Shown: piece after piece, positions 44,267 through 53,176 of the stretch
Layout: each line of letters opens with the position of its first letter
Position numbering within the stretch: the first letter of the stretch is position 1
Assembly: GCA_964642735.1 (NCBI GenBank)
Contig: CAZXSV010000011.1
Location: forward strand, 21,589-85,588
Direction: 5' to 3'
Source: an uncultured Acidobacteriota bacterium
GTDB taxonomy: Bacteria; Acidobacteriota; UBA6911
Length of the DNA stretch: 64,000 bases
The notes under the pieces: generated by a model
Databases searched by the model: none
Told to the model about the DNA's origin: nothing
The model's input: the letters and a program-made list of their open reading frames with translations, nothing else
Made by a program: the position numbers and the translations under genes

Positions 44267-45637
44267 ATGAAGGAACCGGACGAACGGGAAAAAACAATTC
44301 TGGACTCGATTAATGAAGGCGTTTTCACGGTCGATCTCGACTGGCGGATCACCGCCTTCAATCGGGCGGCCGAACACATAACCAGGGTAAGCAGGCGGGA
44401 GGCTCTGGGACAGCAGTGCTTTGAAGTTTTCCGGGCCAGCATCTGCGAAAACGCATGCGCGCTTAGACGGACGATGTCCAGCGGTAAACCGGTGCTGAAC
44501 GCCACCGCTCATATCGTCAGCCGGGGCGGAGAGCGCATTCCCATCCGCATCTCCACCGCTCTCTTGAAAAACAGCGCCGGGCAAACCATCGGTGGAGTCG
44601 AAACTTTCCAGGATTTGAGCCCCATCGAACAACTGCAGAAGGAATTAAAATCCCGATACACATTTGAAGACATCGTCGGCCGAAGCGCGGCCATGATGAA
44701 GCTCTTCGACATCCTGCCGCAAATCGCCGACAGCTCCAGCACCGTTTTGATTGAAGGGCCCAGCGGCACGGGCAAAGAGCTGTTTGCGAAAGCCATCCAC
44801 AGTCTCTCCCCGCGAAAGAAAAAGCCGTTTATCGCGGTCAACTGCGCAGCCCTGCCCGACACCCTGCTGGAAAGCGAGCTTTTCGGCCATAAAGCCGGCG
44901 CCTTCACCGACGCGCGGCGCGACAAACCCGGGCGTTTTGCGCTGGCGAACGGCGGCACCCTGTTTCTGGACGAAATCGGGGACATTTCGCCGGCGATGCA
45001 GATACGGCTCCTGCGCGTCCTCCAGGAGCGCATGATCGAACCCCTGGGATCCGTCGAACCGATAAAAGTGGACGTGCGGATTGTCGCGGCCACGAACCGG
45101 GTCTTGAGCCGTCTGGTCCAGGAAGGACGCTTCCGCGATGATCTTTTCTATCGCATCCGCGTCGTCAGTCTGAACCTGCCGAGCCTCTGCCAGCGCCGGG
45201 AGGACATTCCGCTCCTGGTGGATCATCTGGTGGCAAAGCTGAACCTGCTTCAGGGAAAAGACATCGAGGGCGTATCGGAAGAAGTAATGGCGCAACTGAT
45301 GGAATACGAATACCCCGGGAATGTCCGGGAACTGGAGAATATTATCGAGCAGGCCTTCGTGCTGTGCCGCGGGCGGCTGATTGAGCTTCATCACCTTCCG
45401 GCCGAACTCCGTCCCGCCGGGGCTTCGGGCATCGGGAAAAGCAACCCCATGTCTCTTCAGGCCATGGAAAAGCTGCTGATCAGCGAGGCGCTTCGCCGCC
45501 ACAGAGGCAGCCGGAGCAAAGCAGCCAGACAGCTGGGGATCAACCCGAGCACGCTTTACCGGAAAATGAAGTTTCTGAACATTGATTTTAAAAAAGAACA
45601 GCTGGGAATCCGGCAGGCGCCCGGGAAAAAAGACTGA
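44267..45637 (+). CDS. Sigma-54-dependent transcriptional activator, PAS - AAA+ - Fis-HTH (EBP2, paralog of EBP1)
   Basis: GPSGTGKELFAKAIH, GAFTDA loop, C-terminal AARQLGINPSTLYRKMKFL. The ATG at 44267 (GGAAGGACGG RBS) aligns with the EBP1 N-terminus, whereas the track start at 44237 lies inside the palindrome. Confidence 0.9.
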   Translation: MKEPDEREKTILDSINEGVFTVDLDWRITAFNRAAEHITRVSRREALGQQCFEVFRASICENACALRRTMSSGKPVLNATAHIVSRGGERIPIRISTALLKNSAGQTIGGVETFQDLSPIEQLQKELKSRYTFEDIVGRSAAMMKLFDILPQIADSSSTVLIEGPSGTGKELFAKAIHSLSPRKKKPFIAVNCAALPDTLLESELFGHKAGAFTDARRDKPGRFALANGGTLFLDEIGDISPAMQIRLLRVLQERMIEPLGSVEPIKVDVRIVAATNRVLSRLVQEGRFRDDLFYRIRVVSLNLPSLCQRREDIPLLVDHLVAKLNLLQGKDIEGVSEEVMAQLMEYEYPGNVRELENIIEQAFVLCRGRLIELHHLPAELRPAGASGIGKSNPMSLQAMEKLLISEALRRHRGSRSKAARQLGINPSTLYRKMKFLNIDFKKEQLGIRQAPGKKD

Positions 45638-45757
45638 GGCCTTTTCGGCTATTTCCTATGACGACAAGCGGCGCCCGGATTGCGCAGGGGAATCCGTATG
45701 ACCATCCATGCTCAAAGAATGACTCGGCCAACGAGCCGTTGCCGCTTCCCGGACAAA

Positions 45758-45790
45758 GCCGGGGGCTTGCAAAAACAGCTTGCCCCCGGC
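45758..45790 (-). terminator. Hairpin plus short U-run downstream of the small secreted-protein gene
   Basis: GCCGGGGGC (45758-45766) pairs with GCCCCCGGC (45782-45790). On the minus strand it is followed by TTTGTCC. Confidence 0.45.
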
Positions 45791-45800
45791 CATAAAAGTC

Positions 45801-46190
45801 TTATTTCTTTCCAGTCACGCTGATCACTCGGATCACGCCCGTTCCCGAAAAGGAATCGCCATAAACAGTCGTTCCGGATAGTTTCAAAACGTTTTCGCCT
45901 TTCACTACCGCATCTTTAACATCCGCAGAATTAAACTTTGCGACGAAGTTTCCCCGATCGTCGGATTTCCACCAGGCGATCGGAATGTCATTCAGCGTGA
46001 CGCTGGCGCCGACCACGATGCCATACGCAATATCGGTGTGGATAGTGACAACTTCCCCCTGATAGGCAAGATTGAGGGTGCTCGGGGCAATATCGATGTC
46101 GATGGCTATGTCCGCGCTTTTAGCCGGAGCGGCAAAAAACATCAACGCCAAAAAACTCAGCGCGAGGGTTGGAAACATTAACTTTTTCAT
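45801..46190 (-). CDS. Small secreted beta-rich hypothetical protein
   Basis: MKKLMFPTLALSFLALMFFAAPAKSAD signal peptide, followed by about 100 aa with alternating beta-strand-like patterns. I prefer the ATG at 46190 (GGGAG RBS). Confidence 0.6.
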   Translation of the reverse strand: MKKLMFPTLALSFLALMFFAAPAKSADIAIDIDIAPSTLNLAYQGEVVTIHTDIAYGIVVGASVTLNDIPIAWWKSDDRGNFVAKFNSADVKDAVVKGENVLKLSGTTVYGDSFSGTGVIRVISVTGKK

Positions 46191-46275
46191 CGGCGCAACT
46201 CCCATGCAGAGAAATTAAAGCTTCTCTGCTCCAATTAAATTCAAAAATCTGAAATTAAGCCTGATTATTATTAAC

Positions 46276-46290
46276 GCAATAATTATGCCA
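46276..46290 (-). promoter_or_regulatory. Sigma-54 promoter candidate for the small secreted-protein gene
   Basis: The minus strand reads TGGCATAATTATTGC, close to the TGGCAC-N5-TTGC consensus, with exact spacing. Confidence 0.7.
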
Positions 46291-46363
46291 GCCGGCGACA
46301 GGGATTGTGCGCCTAAAAAAGCCAATTATTTCATCTATTCCGCCAAAATCCGAGTCCGACGGA

Positions 46364-46398
46364 GTGCAGAAATTGCACGACCGGTGCAATTTCTGCAT
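46364..46398. promoter_or_regulatory. Type-2 tandem palindromes GTGCAGAAATTGCAC - 5 bp - GTGCAATTTCTGCAT
   Basis: Two 15-bp GTGCA-N5-TGCAC-like elements that are near-exact mutual reverse complements (14 of 15 positions), 20 bp centre to centre. The pair starts 73 bp beyond the -24 edge of the 46276-46290 promoter. Confidence 0.55.
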
Positions 46399-46692
46399 CC
46401 GAAAATCATCGTTTAACGATTGCTTCGGGGCGAGACGCTACTCCGGGGGCGATGGAGAGGTTTTTCTCGATTGATCCGATTGGCATTATGCTTGATCCGC
46501 CGCTTCATCCAACCGATGCCGACCGCCTAGCCCTGTCCCTGGTTTCCGCCGACCGCCTCTCCCCTGCGGGAATGCAGCCGGAAACAGAAGCAGGGGCATT
46601 GTCGCGCAATCCCAATCTTTATTATCCTCGCGACTCCTCCGCTATGCCCTATCGATCGGTTCATTCGCCATTCTTCAGTTCACTTCATCAGT

Positions 46693-47277
46693 TCAATTCA
46701 TTGCGTCGATGCGGCTGTTGAAAGCGTCCAGGTGTCGAGCAGATCCGTTCAACAAATTCCCATAAACTTTCAAAACATCTTTGTTGTCCGTTTCGTTTAT
46801 CGCAATTTTCAGGTCGTCGATGTCCTTTTCTTCAATCGCCACGCCTGCCGCCAGCGCGTCCGGCAGAGAACGCCTGCCCTTGTCAATCAAATCGTAATAA
46901 AGCTTCTGAAGTTCGGGATTGGTAAAAATCCCGGGCGACGGTTGTGCGAGATCGGGCAGCCCGTAGCGTTCGATCAGAATTCCGACAGCTTCAAAATGCC
47001 GCTGCTCGCTGGCCGCGATGTTGCTGAAAATCGGCGTTCGCCACCTGGCATAAAGCGCCCGGTATACGTCGCGGGCAAGTTTTTCCTCTTCTCTTAAAAA
47101 AAGAAGATGTTCCGCTTCCTTTGCATTCAAAGGCTGCAGGACGGCGGCAGGCTGCATCGGGCAGTTTCCGCTTCGATTTTCTGCGCCATTCTGAGCCCGT
47201 AAACCCTTCTGCGCCCAACCGGAAGCAGAAGCGGCAATAATCAAACACAGCATGCAAATCGCTTTCAAGCATTTCAT
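46693..47277 (-). CDS. DUF2202 (ferritin-like) secreted protein
   Basis: MKCLKAICMLCLIIAASASGWAQ signal peptide. LFLREEEKLARDVY...ASEQRHFEAV...AIEEKDIDDL...GSARHLDAF shows ferritin-like EExxH repeats. Confidence 0.7.
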   Translation of the reverse strand: MKCLKAICMLCLIIAASASGWAQKGLRAQNGAENRSGNCPMQPAAVLQPLNAKEAEHLLFLREEEKLARDVYRALYARWRTPIFSNIAASEQRHFEAVGILIERYGLPDLAQPSPGIFTNPELQKLYYDLIDKGRRSLPDALAAGVAIEEKDIDDLKIAINETDNKDVLKVYGNLLNGSARHLDAFNSRIDAMN

Positions 47278-47339
47278 TGTCTTCTTTCCTTTCCTGCTGT
47301 TTGTTCGGTCCATCCCTTGATTCCTTCGCATCTGCTTGC

Positions 47340-47355
47340 TGCAAGAGTCGTTCCC
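47340..47355 (-). promoter_or_regulatory. Sigma-54 promoter candidate for the DUF2202 gene
   Basis: The minus strand reads GGGAACGACTCTTGCA with GG, AC and TTGCA at consensus positions and exact spacing. It lies about 63 nt upstream of the ATG at 47277. Confidence 0.5.
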
Positions 47356-47429
47356 GATGCTGCTTGCCTCTGTTGTCCAATAAAACCAATGATTTAAAAA
47401 ATTTTCAAAATCGGGGCGGCGCCTGAGGA

Positions 47430-47464
47430 GCGCAATATCTGCGCAATCGACGCAAAAATTGCAG
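47430..47464. promoter_or_regulatory. Type-2 tandem elements GCGCAATATCTGCGC - 5 bp - ACGCAAAAATTGCAG
   Basis: Same architecture as 46364-46398: two 15-mers and a 5-bp spacer. The pair starts 74 bp beyond the -24 edge of the 47340-47355 promoter. The 15-mers match the other locus at 12/15 and 11/15 positions. Confidence 0.5.
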
Positions 47465-47478
47465 TCGGGCGGAGAGGA

Positions 47479-49284
47479 TCAGAGAGGCCAGAGCAGCGGC
47501 GTCAGGACCATGGCCAGCAGAAAAACGATTGCCGTAAGGCTGAGCCCGGCACGGAAATAATCGCCGAACTTATAGCCTCCGGGACCCATGACCAACACAT
47601 TGGCCGGATGGCTGACGGGCGTCAGGAATCCCGAAGAAGAGCCCAAAACAATCATCATGATCAAGGGATAAGGGCTTATCTGATGCTGCGCGGCGGCGCT
47701 CAACGCGACAGGAGCGATCAAAACCGTTGTGGCGGCGCCCGACAACAACTGAGCCAGGAGCATGGAAAATAGGAAGAACCCGGCCAGCACCGCAAGATCC
47801 CCCAAAGGACTCAGCACATTCAAAAGGCCGCGCGACATCAGGTCCGCCGCTCCGCTTTTGGTCAAGGCCGTTCCGAGCGAAAGCATGCCTCCGATCAGCA
47901 CGACCGCTTTCCACTCGACAGCCCGATAGCCTTCCTCGATCTTGAGAGCGCCGGAAAGAGCCATTGCCAGCACGCCCGCGAGCGACGCTGCGGCGATGTG
48001 CAAAAAACCGAAACCGGCGGCCAGGAGCATCAGGCCGAGTCCCGCCAGAGCCCAGGGCGCCTTGTCCGGCCTCCCTATTTCCCCGAGAGCCGGCTCTTCC
48101 AGTACGATAAAATCCTTTTCCTGATCGAGCAGCTTGATTTGCGGGCGCGGGCCTTGCACCAGCAGCGTATCGCCGAAACGCAGAGGAGTGTTTTCCGCGC
48201 CGAGGAGGATCGGCCCCCCGTCCCGCATAATGGCGATCGCCGTAAGACCGAATTTTTGGCGGAAGTTGACTTCCCGCAAGGACTGTCCGACGATTCCGGC
48301 GTGAGGAGAAATCAACGCTTCCACCACTCCGACGTTGAGGTCGGCAAGATCCACATTCAAGCCCGATCCCGCCGACTCAAGCCTCAGGCCAAGACGATCT
48401 TGAGCCGCTTGCAGGCTTGCGCGGTCGCCCTTGATGATCAGCCTGTCTCCGGAATGCAGGAGGTCGCCGGTTTGCGGCGCCAGCAGGACTTTCCGTCCGC
48501 GAAGCAGGCCGAGAATATTCAAATTAAAGGAGCGGCCCAGCCCGCTTTCCGCAACGCTCCTGCCGGCCAGGGGCGATCCCGGGAGAATGCGCGCCTCGAA
48601 AACCAGGTCGGGAAGCCGATACATTCTGGCCAGTTCTCCCGGATTTTCCCACGCCTTCATCGCCTCCCTGGCCGGATTATTCGGCAGCATCCTCCTGCCC
48701 AGAACGGCCATAAATGCGATACCCGCCAGGCTCATGACGGCGCCGATGCGGAAAAAATCAAACAGGCTGAAAGGCTCCAATCCCGCCCGCCGCAACGCGT
48801 CGTTGGCGAGGAGGTTGACCGTGGTCAACAGCGTCGCCATGCCGCCCAGGAGGGCGCCGAAAGAAAGCGGGATCATCAATTTCGAAGAGGGGATTCCGGT
48901 GCGCCGCGAGATGCTTTTCAGTCCGGGAAGCAGCACCGACGCCGCGGCGATATTGTTCATGACCAGCGAAAGAGTCGCGGACGCCGTCATCGCAACCGCG
49001 ACCAGCCGCGCCTCGTTTTTCCCGGCGATGCGGAAAATGCCAGTTCCGATCCTCGCGGCAATGCCGGTGTTGGTCAAACCGGCCGTGATCAGAAAAACGG
49101 CGGCGATCGTGACGACGGCGGGATTGGCGAATCCCGCTAGGGCGTCGGTCAGGTCGAGAGTCCGGCTGAGCAGCAGCGCGACCATTGTCAGCATCGCGAC
49201 AACATCCGGGCTGAAAATGTCGGCGATGAAAAGAATGATTGCCGCGGCCAGGATGCACAAGACGAGGATAATTTCGACAGTCAT
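47479..49284 (-). CDS. SLC13/DASS-family anion permease with two internal TrkA-C (RCK_C) domains
   Basis: Two blocks of TM helices flank two RCK_C-like segments (ARILPGSPLAGRSVAES..., EALISPHAGIVGQSLREV...). I prefer the ATG at 49284. Confidence 0.85.
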   Translation of the reverse strand: MTVEIILVLCILAAAIILFIADIFSPDVVAMLTMVALLLSRTLDLTDALAGFANPAVVTIAAVFLITAGLTNTGIAARIGTGIFRIAGKNEARLVAVAMTASATLSLVMNNIAAASVLLPGLKSISRRTGIPSSKLMIPLSFGALLGGMATLLTTVNLLANDALRRAGLEPFSLFDFFRIGAVMSLAGIAFMAVLGRRMLPNNPAREAMKAWENPGELARMYRLPDLVFEARILPGSPLAGRSVAESGLGRSFNLNILGLLRGRKVLLAPQTGDLLHSGDRLIIKGDRASLQAAQDRLGLRLESAGSGLNVDLADLNVGVVEALISPHAGIVGQSLREVNFRQKFGLTAIAIMRDGGPILLGAENTPLRFGDTLLVQGPRPQIKLLDQEKDFIVLEEPALGEIGRPDKAPWALAGLGLMLLAAGFGFLHIAAASLAGVLAMALSGALKIEEGYRAVEWKAVVLIGGMLSLGTALTKSGAADLMSRGLLNVLSPLGDLAVLAGFFLFSMLLAQLLSGAATTVLIAPVALSAAAQHQISPYPLIMMIVLGSSSGFLTPVSHPANVLVMGPGGYKFGDYFRAGLSLTAIVFLLAMVLTPLLWPL

Positions 49285-49420
49285 GACGATCGGAGAATAG
49301 AATTTTGAATTCAAACAGGCAAGGAAGAATTTCATTCGAAGCTGTGGACCGGCGATTTGCATGCTATGATTGGGATCCGCCGACGCAGACTATGCGCCAT
49401 GGCGTGGAGGCGCAAGAATC

Positions 49421-50680
49421 ATGACAGATGACGCCGCCGTAAAAAATCGCGATCCGAAGAGTCCGGCGCCCCGCCGGCTGATCATCCTTGTCGCTTTCAT
49501 GCTTTGCCTGGCGCTTCTGGCTTCCGGGCTTTTCACCTTCGCCACGCTTTCGCGCCTGCGCGTCTATTATCTCACCCATCGATGCCAGGAGATCGCCTCC
49601 GCCATCGATCTTCAGGTCCGCGGACCGGGGCGGCGCAACAACCCGGAGTTCTGGAGATCCGTTTTTGAAAGCAATTTTGAAACTTATTCCGGTTCCGTCG
49701 CTCTCCTGGCGCTGGTAGATCAAAACGGAAATCTTCTCGCAAGCAAGGAAACAGAGGAGATCCAAAGCGGCGGCGTTTATTATTTCGATCACACGCTTCC
49801 GCGGTCCCGCATCGCTCACGGCGAAGGAAGTCAATCCACCTCCGGCTGGCGCGTGCGCGTCGGCCTGCGCTCGGCGGAGGCGGATTTCATTCGACGGATA
49901 GCCTTCCTGCAACTCGTCGTTTCGGGCCTGGCGATCGCCGCGATCATCGCGCTCTCGCGGCATCTTGTTCGCATGCTAAGCCGCTTTATGGAATTGAAAG
50001 CGCGCGAAAGCGCGGAGGTTCAGCTGAAGTCCCTGGGAATCATGGCCGCGTCGCTGGCGCATGAGATACGGAATCCCTTGGGAGCGATGAAAGGGCTGAC
50101 CCAGCTTGCCCAGGAGGAGCTGCCTCCGGACCATGCCGCTCAAGCACAGCTGCAAACCGTCGTCGGCGAAGCAGAACGCCTGGAAAAGCTGGTAGCGGAT
50201 TTGCTTGATTTTGCGCGCGCCAAAGAGCCGCAAATCATCGAGTTCGACTTGGCCAACCTGTTGTCGGACGTCAAAATCATGCTGAAATCCAGGCTGGACG
50301 AGTCCAAAACAGATCTTCGGTTCTCCGTGGATCCCGATCCCTTCATTCTGAGATCCGATCCCTCCGGACTGCGGCAGGTCCTGCTCAACGTGCTCATCAA
50401 CGCAATCGAAGCATCGCCTCCGGGCGGCGCCGTCGCGTTAACGGCGTTGCGCCGCGAAAATCAGAGATCCATCGCCCTGGAGGTCGACGACTCCGGCTCG
50501 GGCCTGGGCGTGAAAAATCCCGAAGATCTGTTCCATCCATTCGTGACGACAAAAGTGCGGGGGACAGGCCTGGGGCTTACGGTGTCGAAACAAATTGTCG
50601 AAAGCCTGGGCGGCAGTCTGAGCCTGGGGAATTTGCCGAACGGCGGCGCGCGATGTTCTATCGTTCTTCCGATGAACTGA
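49421..50680 (+). CDS. Sensor histidine kinase (2 TM, extracytoplasmic loop, HisKA + HATPase_c)
   Basis: H-box SLAHEIRNPLGAM, N-box LLNVLINAIEA, G-boxes DDSGSGL and GTGLGL. Confidence 0.85.
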   Translation: MTDDAAVKNRDPKSPAPRRLIILVAFMLCLALLASGLFTFATLSRLRVYYLTHRCQEIASAIDLQVRGPGRRNNPEFWRSVFESNFETYSGSVALLALVDQNGNLLASKETEEIQSGGVYYFDHTLPRSRIAHGEGSQSTSGWRVRVGLRSAEADFIRRIAFLQLVVSGLAIAAIIALSRHLVRMLSRFMELKARESAEVQLKSLGIMAASLAHEIRNPLGAMKGLTQLAQEELPPDHAAQAQLQTVVGEAERLEKLVADLLDFARAKEPQIIEFDLANLLSDVKIMLKSRLDESKTDLRFSVDPDPFILRSDPSGLRQVLLNVLINAIEASPPGGAVALTALRRENQRSIALEVDDSGSGLGVKNPEDLFHPFVTTKVRGTGLGLTVSKQIVESLGGSLSLGNLPNGGARCSIVLPMN

Positions 50681-50694
50681 CCAGGGAAAAAGCG

Positions 50695-52035
50695 ATGAAA
50701 TGCAGCATTCTTGCAGTGGACGATGAACCAAGCCAGCGCCAGTTCATAAGCGGCGCTCTTTCCAAGGATTATGAGGTCGTAACCGCGGCGAACGGGTCGG
50801 AGGCGTCCCAGCTGCTGTCGCACCGTAACTTTAACCTCGTAATCACCGATGAACGCATGCCGGGCATGGGTGGGATCGAGTTGATCCGCTGGATGCGCGA
50901 GAAATCTCCGGAAACGCCGGTTGTCGTCATCACAGCGTATGGTTCCATCGAAACCGCCGTGGAGGCCATCAAACTGGGAGCGGAAGAGTACCTCATCAAG
51001 CCGCTGAAAAGCCCGGAAGAGCTTCGCGTCATCGTGGCAAAAGTCCTGCAAAGCCGGACTTTGAAAAACAGGAGCCTTTTGCTTCAGGAGGAAACCGAGG
51101 CCGCGCTTCCGCCCGATGTGGTGGCTGAAAGCGAAAGCATGAAACGAATCTTCCAGATGGCGGACCAGGTGGCCAAACAGAACACGACCGTCCTGCTGAC
51201 GGGCGAATCGGGGACCGGGAAAGAGGTCGTCTCCCGGTTCATTCATCGCCGGAGCCTGCGCAAAGACCATTCTTTCGTCGCCGTCAACTGCTCCGCGATC
51301 CCCGAGACGCTGCTGGAATCCGAGCTGTTCGGCCACGAGAAGGGATCGTTCACCGGAGCGGTTCAAACCCGGCGAGGCCGCTTTGAACTTGCGGATGAGG
51401 GGACTCTTTTCCTGGATGAAATAGCGGAGATGAGCGCGAATCTGCAGGCCAAACTGCTCCGCGTGCTCCAAAATCAACAGTTTGAGCGCCTCGGCGGCGA
51501 CCGGACCATGACCGTGGATGTCCGGGTGATCGCGGCCACCAATCGAGACCTCCCTCAATCGATTGCGAACGGCTCGTTTCGGGAAGACCTTTATTACCGG
51601 CTCAATGTCTTCCCGATCCATATCCCGCCTTTGCGGGAGAGACGGGACGACATCCTGCCCCTTGCAAATTCCTTTTTAAAAGTCCTTGCATCCCGCACCG
51701 GAAAAGCCGTTCAATCGATCAGTCCGGAAGCCATGGAACTGCTGAGCGGCTACGATTGGCCGGGAAACGCGCGCGAACTGGCCAACGCCATTGAAAGGGC
51801 CTTGATTGTTTCACAGGGCGCGACCCTGGAAGCCGACGATCTGCCGTTCAAACAAGGCGCCGGCGAAGCCAGACTCGGGCGTCCAGGACTGCTGGCGCAG
51901 ATCGAGAAAACCGCGATTCTCGAAGCTCTCGCTCGAAACAATGGAGACCGCAAGGCGGCTTCGGAAGAACTTGGCATCAGTCTGCGCACGCTTCAGTATC
52001 GGCTGAAGGAATATGGGATAAGCGGCCGGGAATAA
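50695..52035 (+). CDS. NtrC-family sigma-54-dependent response regulator (REC - AAA+ - Fis-HTH)
   Basis: ILAVDDE and LVITDERMPG receiver motifs, GESGTGKEVVSRFIH, GSFTGA loop, and C-terminal ASEELGISLRTLQYRLKEYGI. Confidence 0.9.
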   Translation: MKCSILAVDDEPSQRQFISGALSKDYEVVTAANGSEASQLLSHRNFNLVITDERMPGMGGIELIRWMREKSPETPVVVITAYGSIETAVEAIKLGAEEYLIKPLKSPEELRVIVAKVLQSRTLKNRSLLLQEETEAALPPDVVAESESMKRIFQMADQVAKQNTTVLLTGESGTGKEVVSRFIHRRSLRKDHSFVAVNCSAIPETLLESELFGHEKGSFTGAVQTRRGRFELADEGTLFLDEIAEMSANLQAKLLRVLQNQQFERLGGDRTMTVDVRVIAATNRDLPQSIANGSFREDLYYRLNVFPIHIPPLRERRDDILPLANSFLKVLASRTGKAVQSISPEAMELLSGYDWPGNARELANAIERALIVSQGATLEADDLPFKQGAGEARLGRPGLLAQIEKTAILEALARNNGDRKAASEELGISLRTLQYRLKEYGISGRE

Positions 52036-52089
52036 CTCGCGCTCCCGCCGGCGGATCATTTTTTGAAAATTCCGTGCAACGATCAACGG

Positions 52090-53016
52090 CTATCGGCTCT
52101 TTCCTTTGATCCAATCGGAGAAGTCAAACCGAACGGAAAAGAAAACAGAGTTATAGTCATAGGAAACGCTTCTGCTGTAGCCCAGCTCGAGCGCCACATT
52201 CGGATTGGGCATGACATCCACCCAGGCGGAAAAGCCATGGTCTTTGGCTATCTCCTCGGTTCCCGACACCATGAAAACAGTCTCAAAAACGCTATTCTGC
52301 CCCTTCCCTCTTCCGGCGCCGGCGCTGCCGCCGGTTCCGGCGCCGGAACCGGCGGCGGAGCTCTGAACAATCTTGCTGTAAATCTTCTGCTCCCCCGAAG
52401 GCGCAACGGCGTATCCGGATCCTCCAACCCCCAGCCAGCGGGCGGGTTCGTAAAGCATCCCTCCCTCAAAATGGCCAACCAGCCCCAGTGAAGTGAACGG
52501 ACGGCTGAAAAAATGGGTGTCGGAAATCGTGTTGGCGACACCGATGCTGCCAAAGGGGGCAAAGCGGTCGAAGCTGTATTCAAAATAATTGCTCCAGTCG
52601 ACCGTTGCCCGTCCGGTGCTGAACCCGTCCTCCGAACTGCCTGTCGGGGCCGTCCCGTGGACGCTGCTGCTGAAATAGAAGTTGGAGCGACTCAGCATGA
52701 ACTTAAAATCAATCCAAGCATTGCCGATTCCGCTTTTCGAGCTCAAGCCGTCGGAGGTTTCAGAATCGGGCACGCGGACGAAATACACGGGCAATCCGGC
52801 GTCGATTTCGAAGTGCTTGTTGAATTTATAGCCTGCGAGGGGGTCCAGCCTGAAAATCCAGCCCGGATCGTTTGAACTGCCCGAAAAACCCAGCGAAAGA
52901 ACGGGTCCCCGGTCGTCCGTTTCGCAAAATGCAATCCTGGCTGAGAAAATCAAAATCGCCGCTGCAATGCAACTTTTTAAAACATGATTTTTTGCCAGCG
53001 AACGCTTCATATCCAT
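52090..53016 (-). CDS. Putative outer-membrane beta-barrel protein
   Basis: Signal-like N-terminus, alternating hydrophobic beta-strand pattern and Gly-rich loops. The family is uncertain (possibly MetA-pathway/'transporter'-type barrel). Confidence 0.45.
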   Translation of the reverse strand: MDMKRSLAKNHVLKSCIAAAILIFSARIAFCETDDRGPVLSLGFSGSSNDPGWIFRLDPLAGYKFNKHFEIDAGLPVYFVRVPDSETSDGLSSKSGIGNAWIDFKFMLSRSNFYFSSSVHGTAPTGSSEDGFSTGRATVDWSNYFEYSFDRFAPFGSIGVANTISDTHFFSRPFTSLGLVGHFEGGMLYEPARWLGVGGSGYAVAPSGEQKIYSKIVQSSAAGSGAGTGGSAGAGRGKGQNSVFETVFMVSGTEEIAKDHGFSAWVDVMPNPNVALELGYSRSVSYDYNSVFFSVRFDFSDWIKGKSR

Positions 53017-53105
53017 CCCCTCCCGAGAAGAATCTTGCGCCGGTCAGCCCGGCCCGTTTCTGAACCCGCATCATTCATGAAGCTTCTGTTGCGGCGGCGG
53101 GTTAA

Positions 53106-53157
53106 GGCCTGTCAATAAATAAGGCCGTATTTTGCAGCCTTTATTTACTGACAGGCC
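53106..53157. other. Long AT-rich imperfect hairpin downstream of the 53177..53677 gene
   Basis: GGCCTGTCAATAAATAAGGC pairs with GCCTTTATTTACTGACAGGCC (one mismatch, one bulge) around an 11-nt loop. Confidence 0.4.
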
Positions 53158-53176
53158 CTTGCTGATTGAAAAGCCC

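Noticed and set aside
43249-45502. Minus-strand ORFs 43249..43920, 43910..44632, 44509..45093 and 44645..45502
   Set aside because: They are antisense to DUF364 copy 2 and EBP2, both of which have strong motif support.
47998-49300. Plus-strand ORFs 47998..49140 (380 aa) and 48431..49300 (289 aa)
   Set aside because: They are antisense to the SLC13 permease and have Arg/Gln/Pro-rich shadow-ORF composition.
50461-51621. 386-aa minus-strand ORF
   Set aside because: It is antisense to the kinase 3' end and the NtrC-type regulator.
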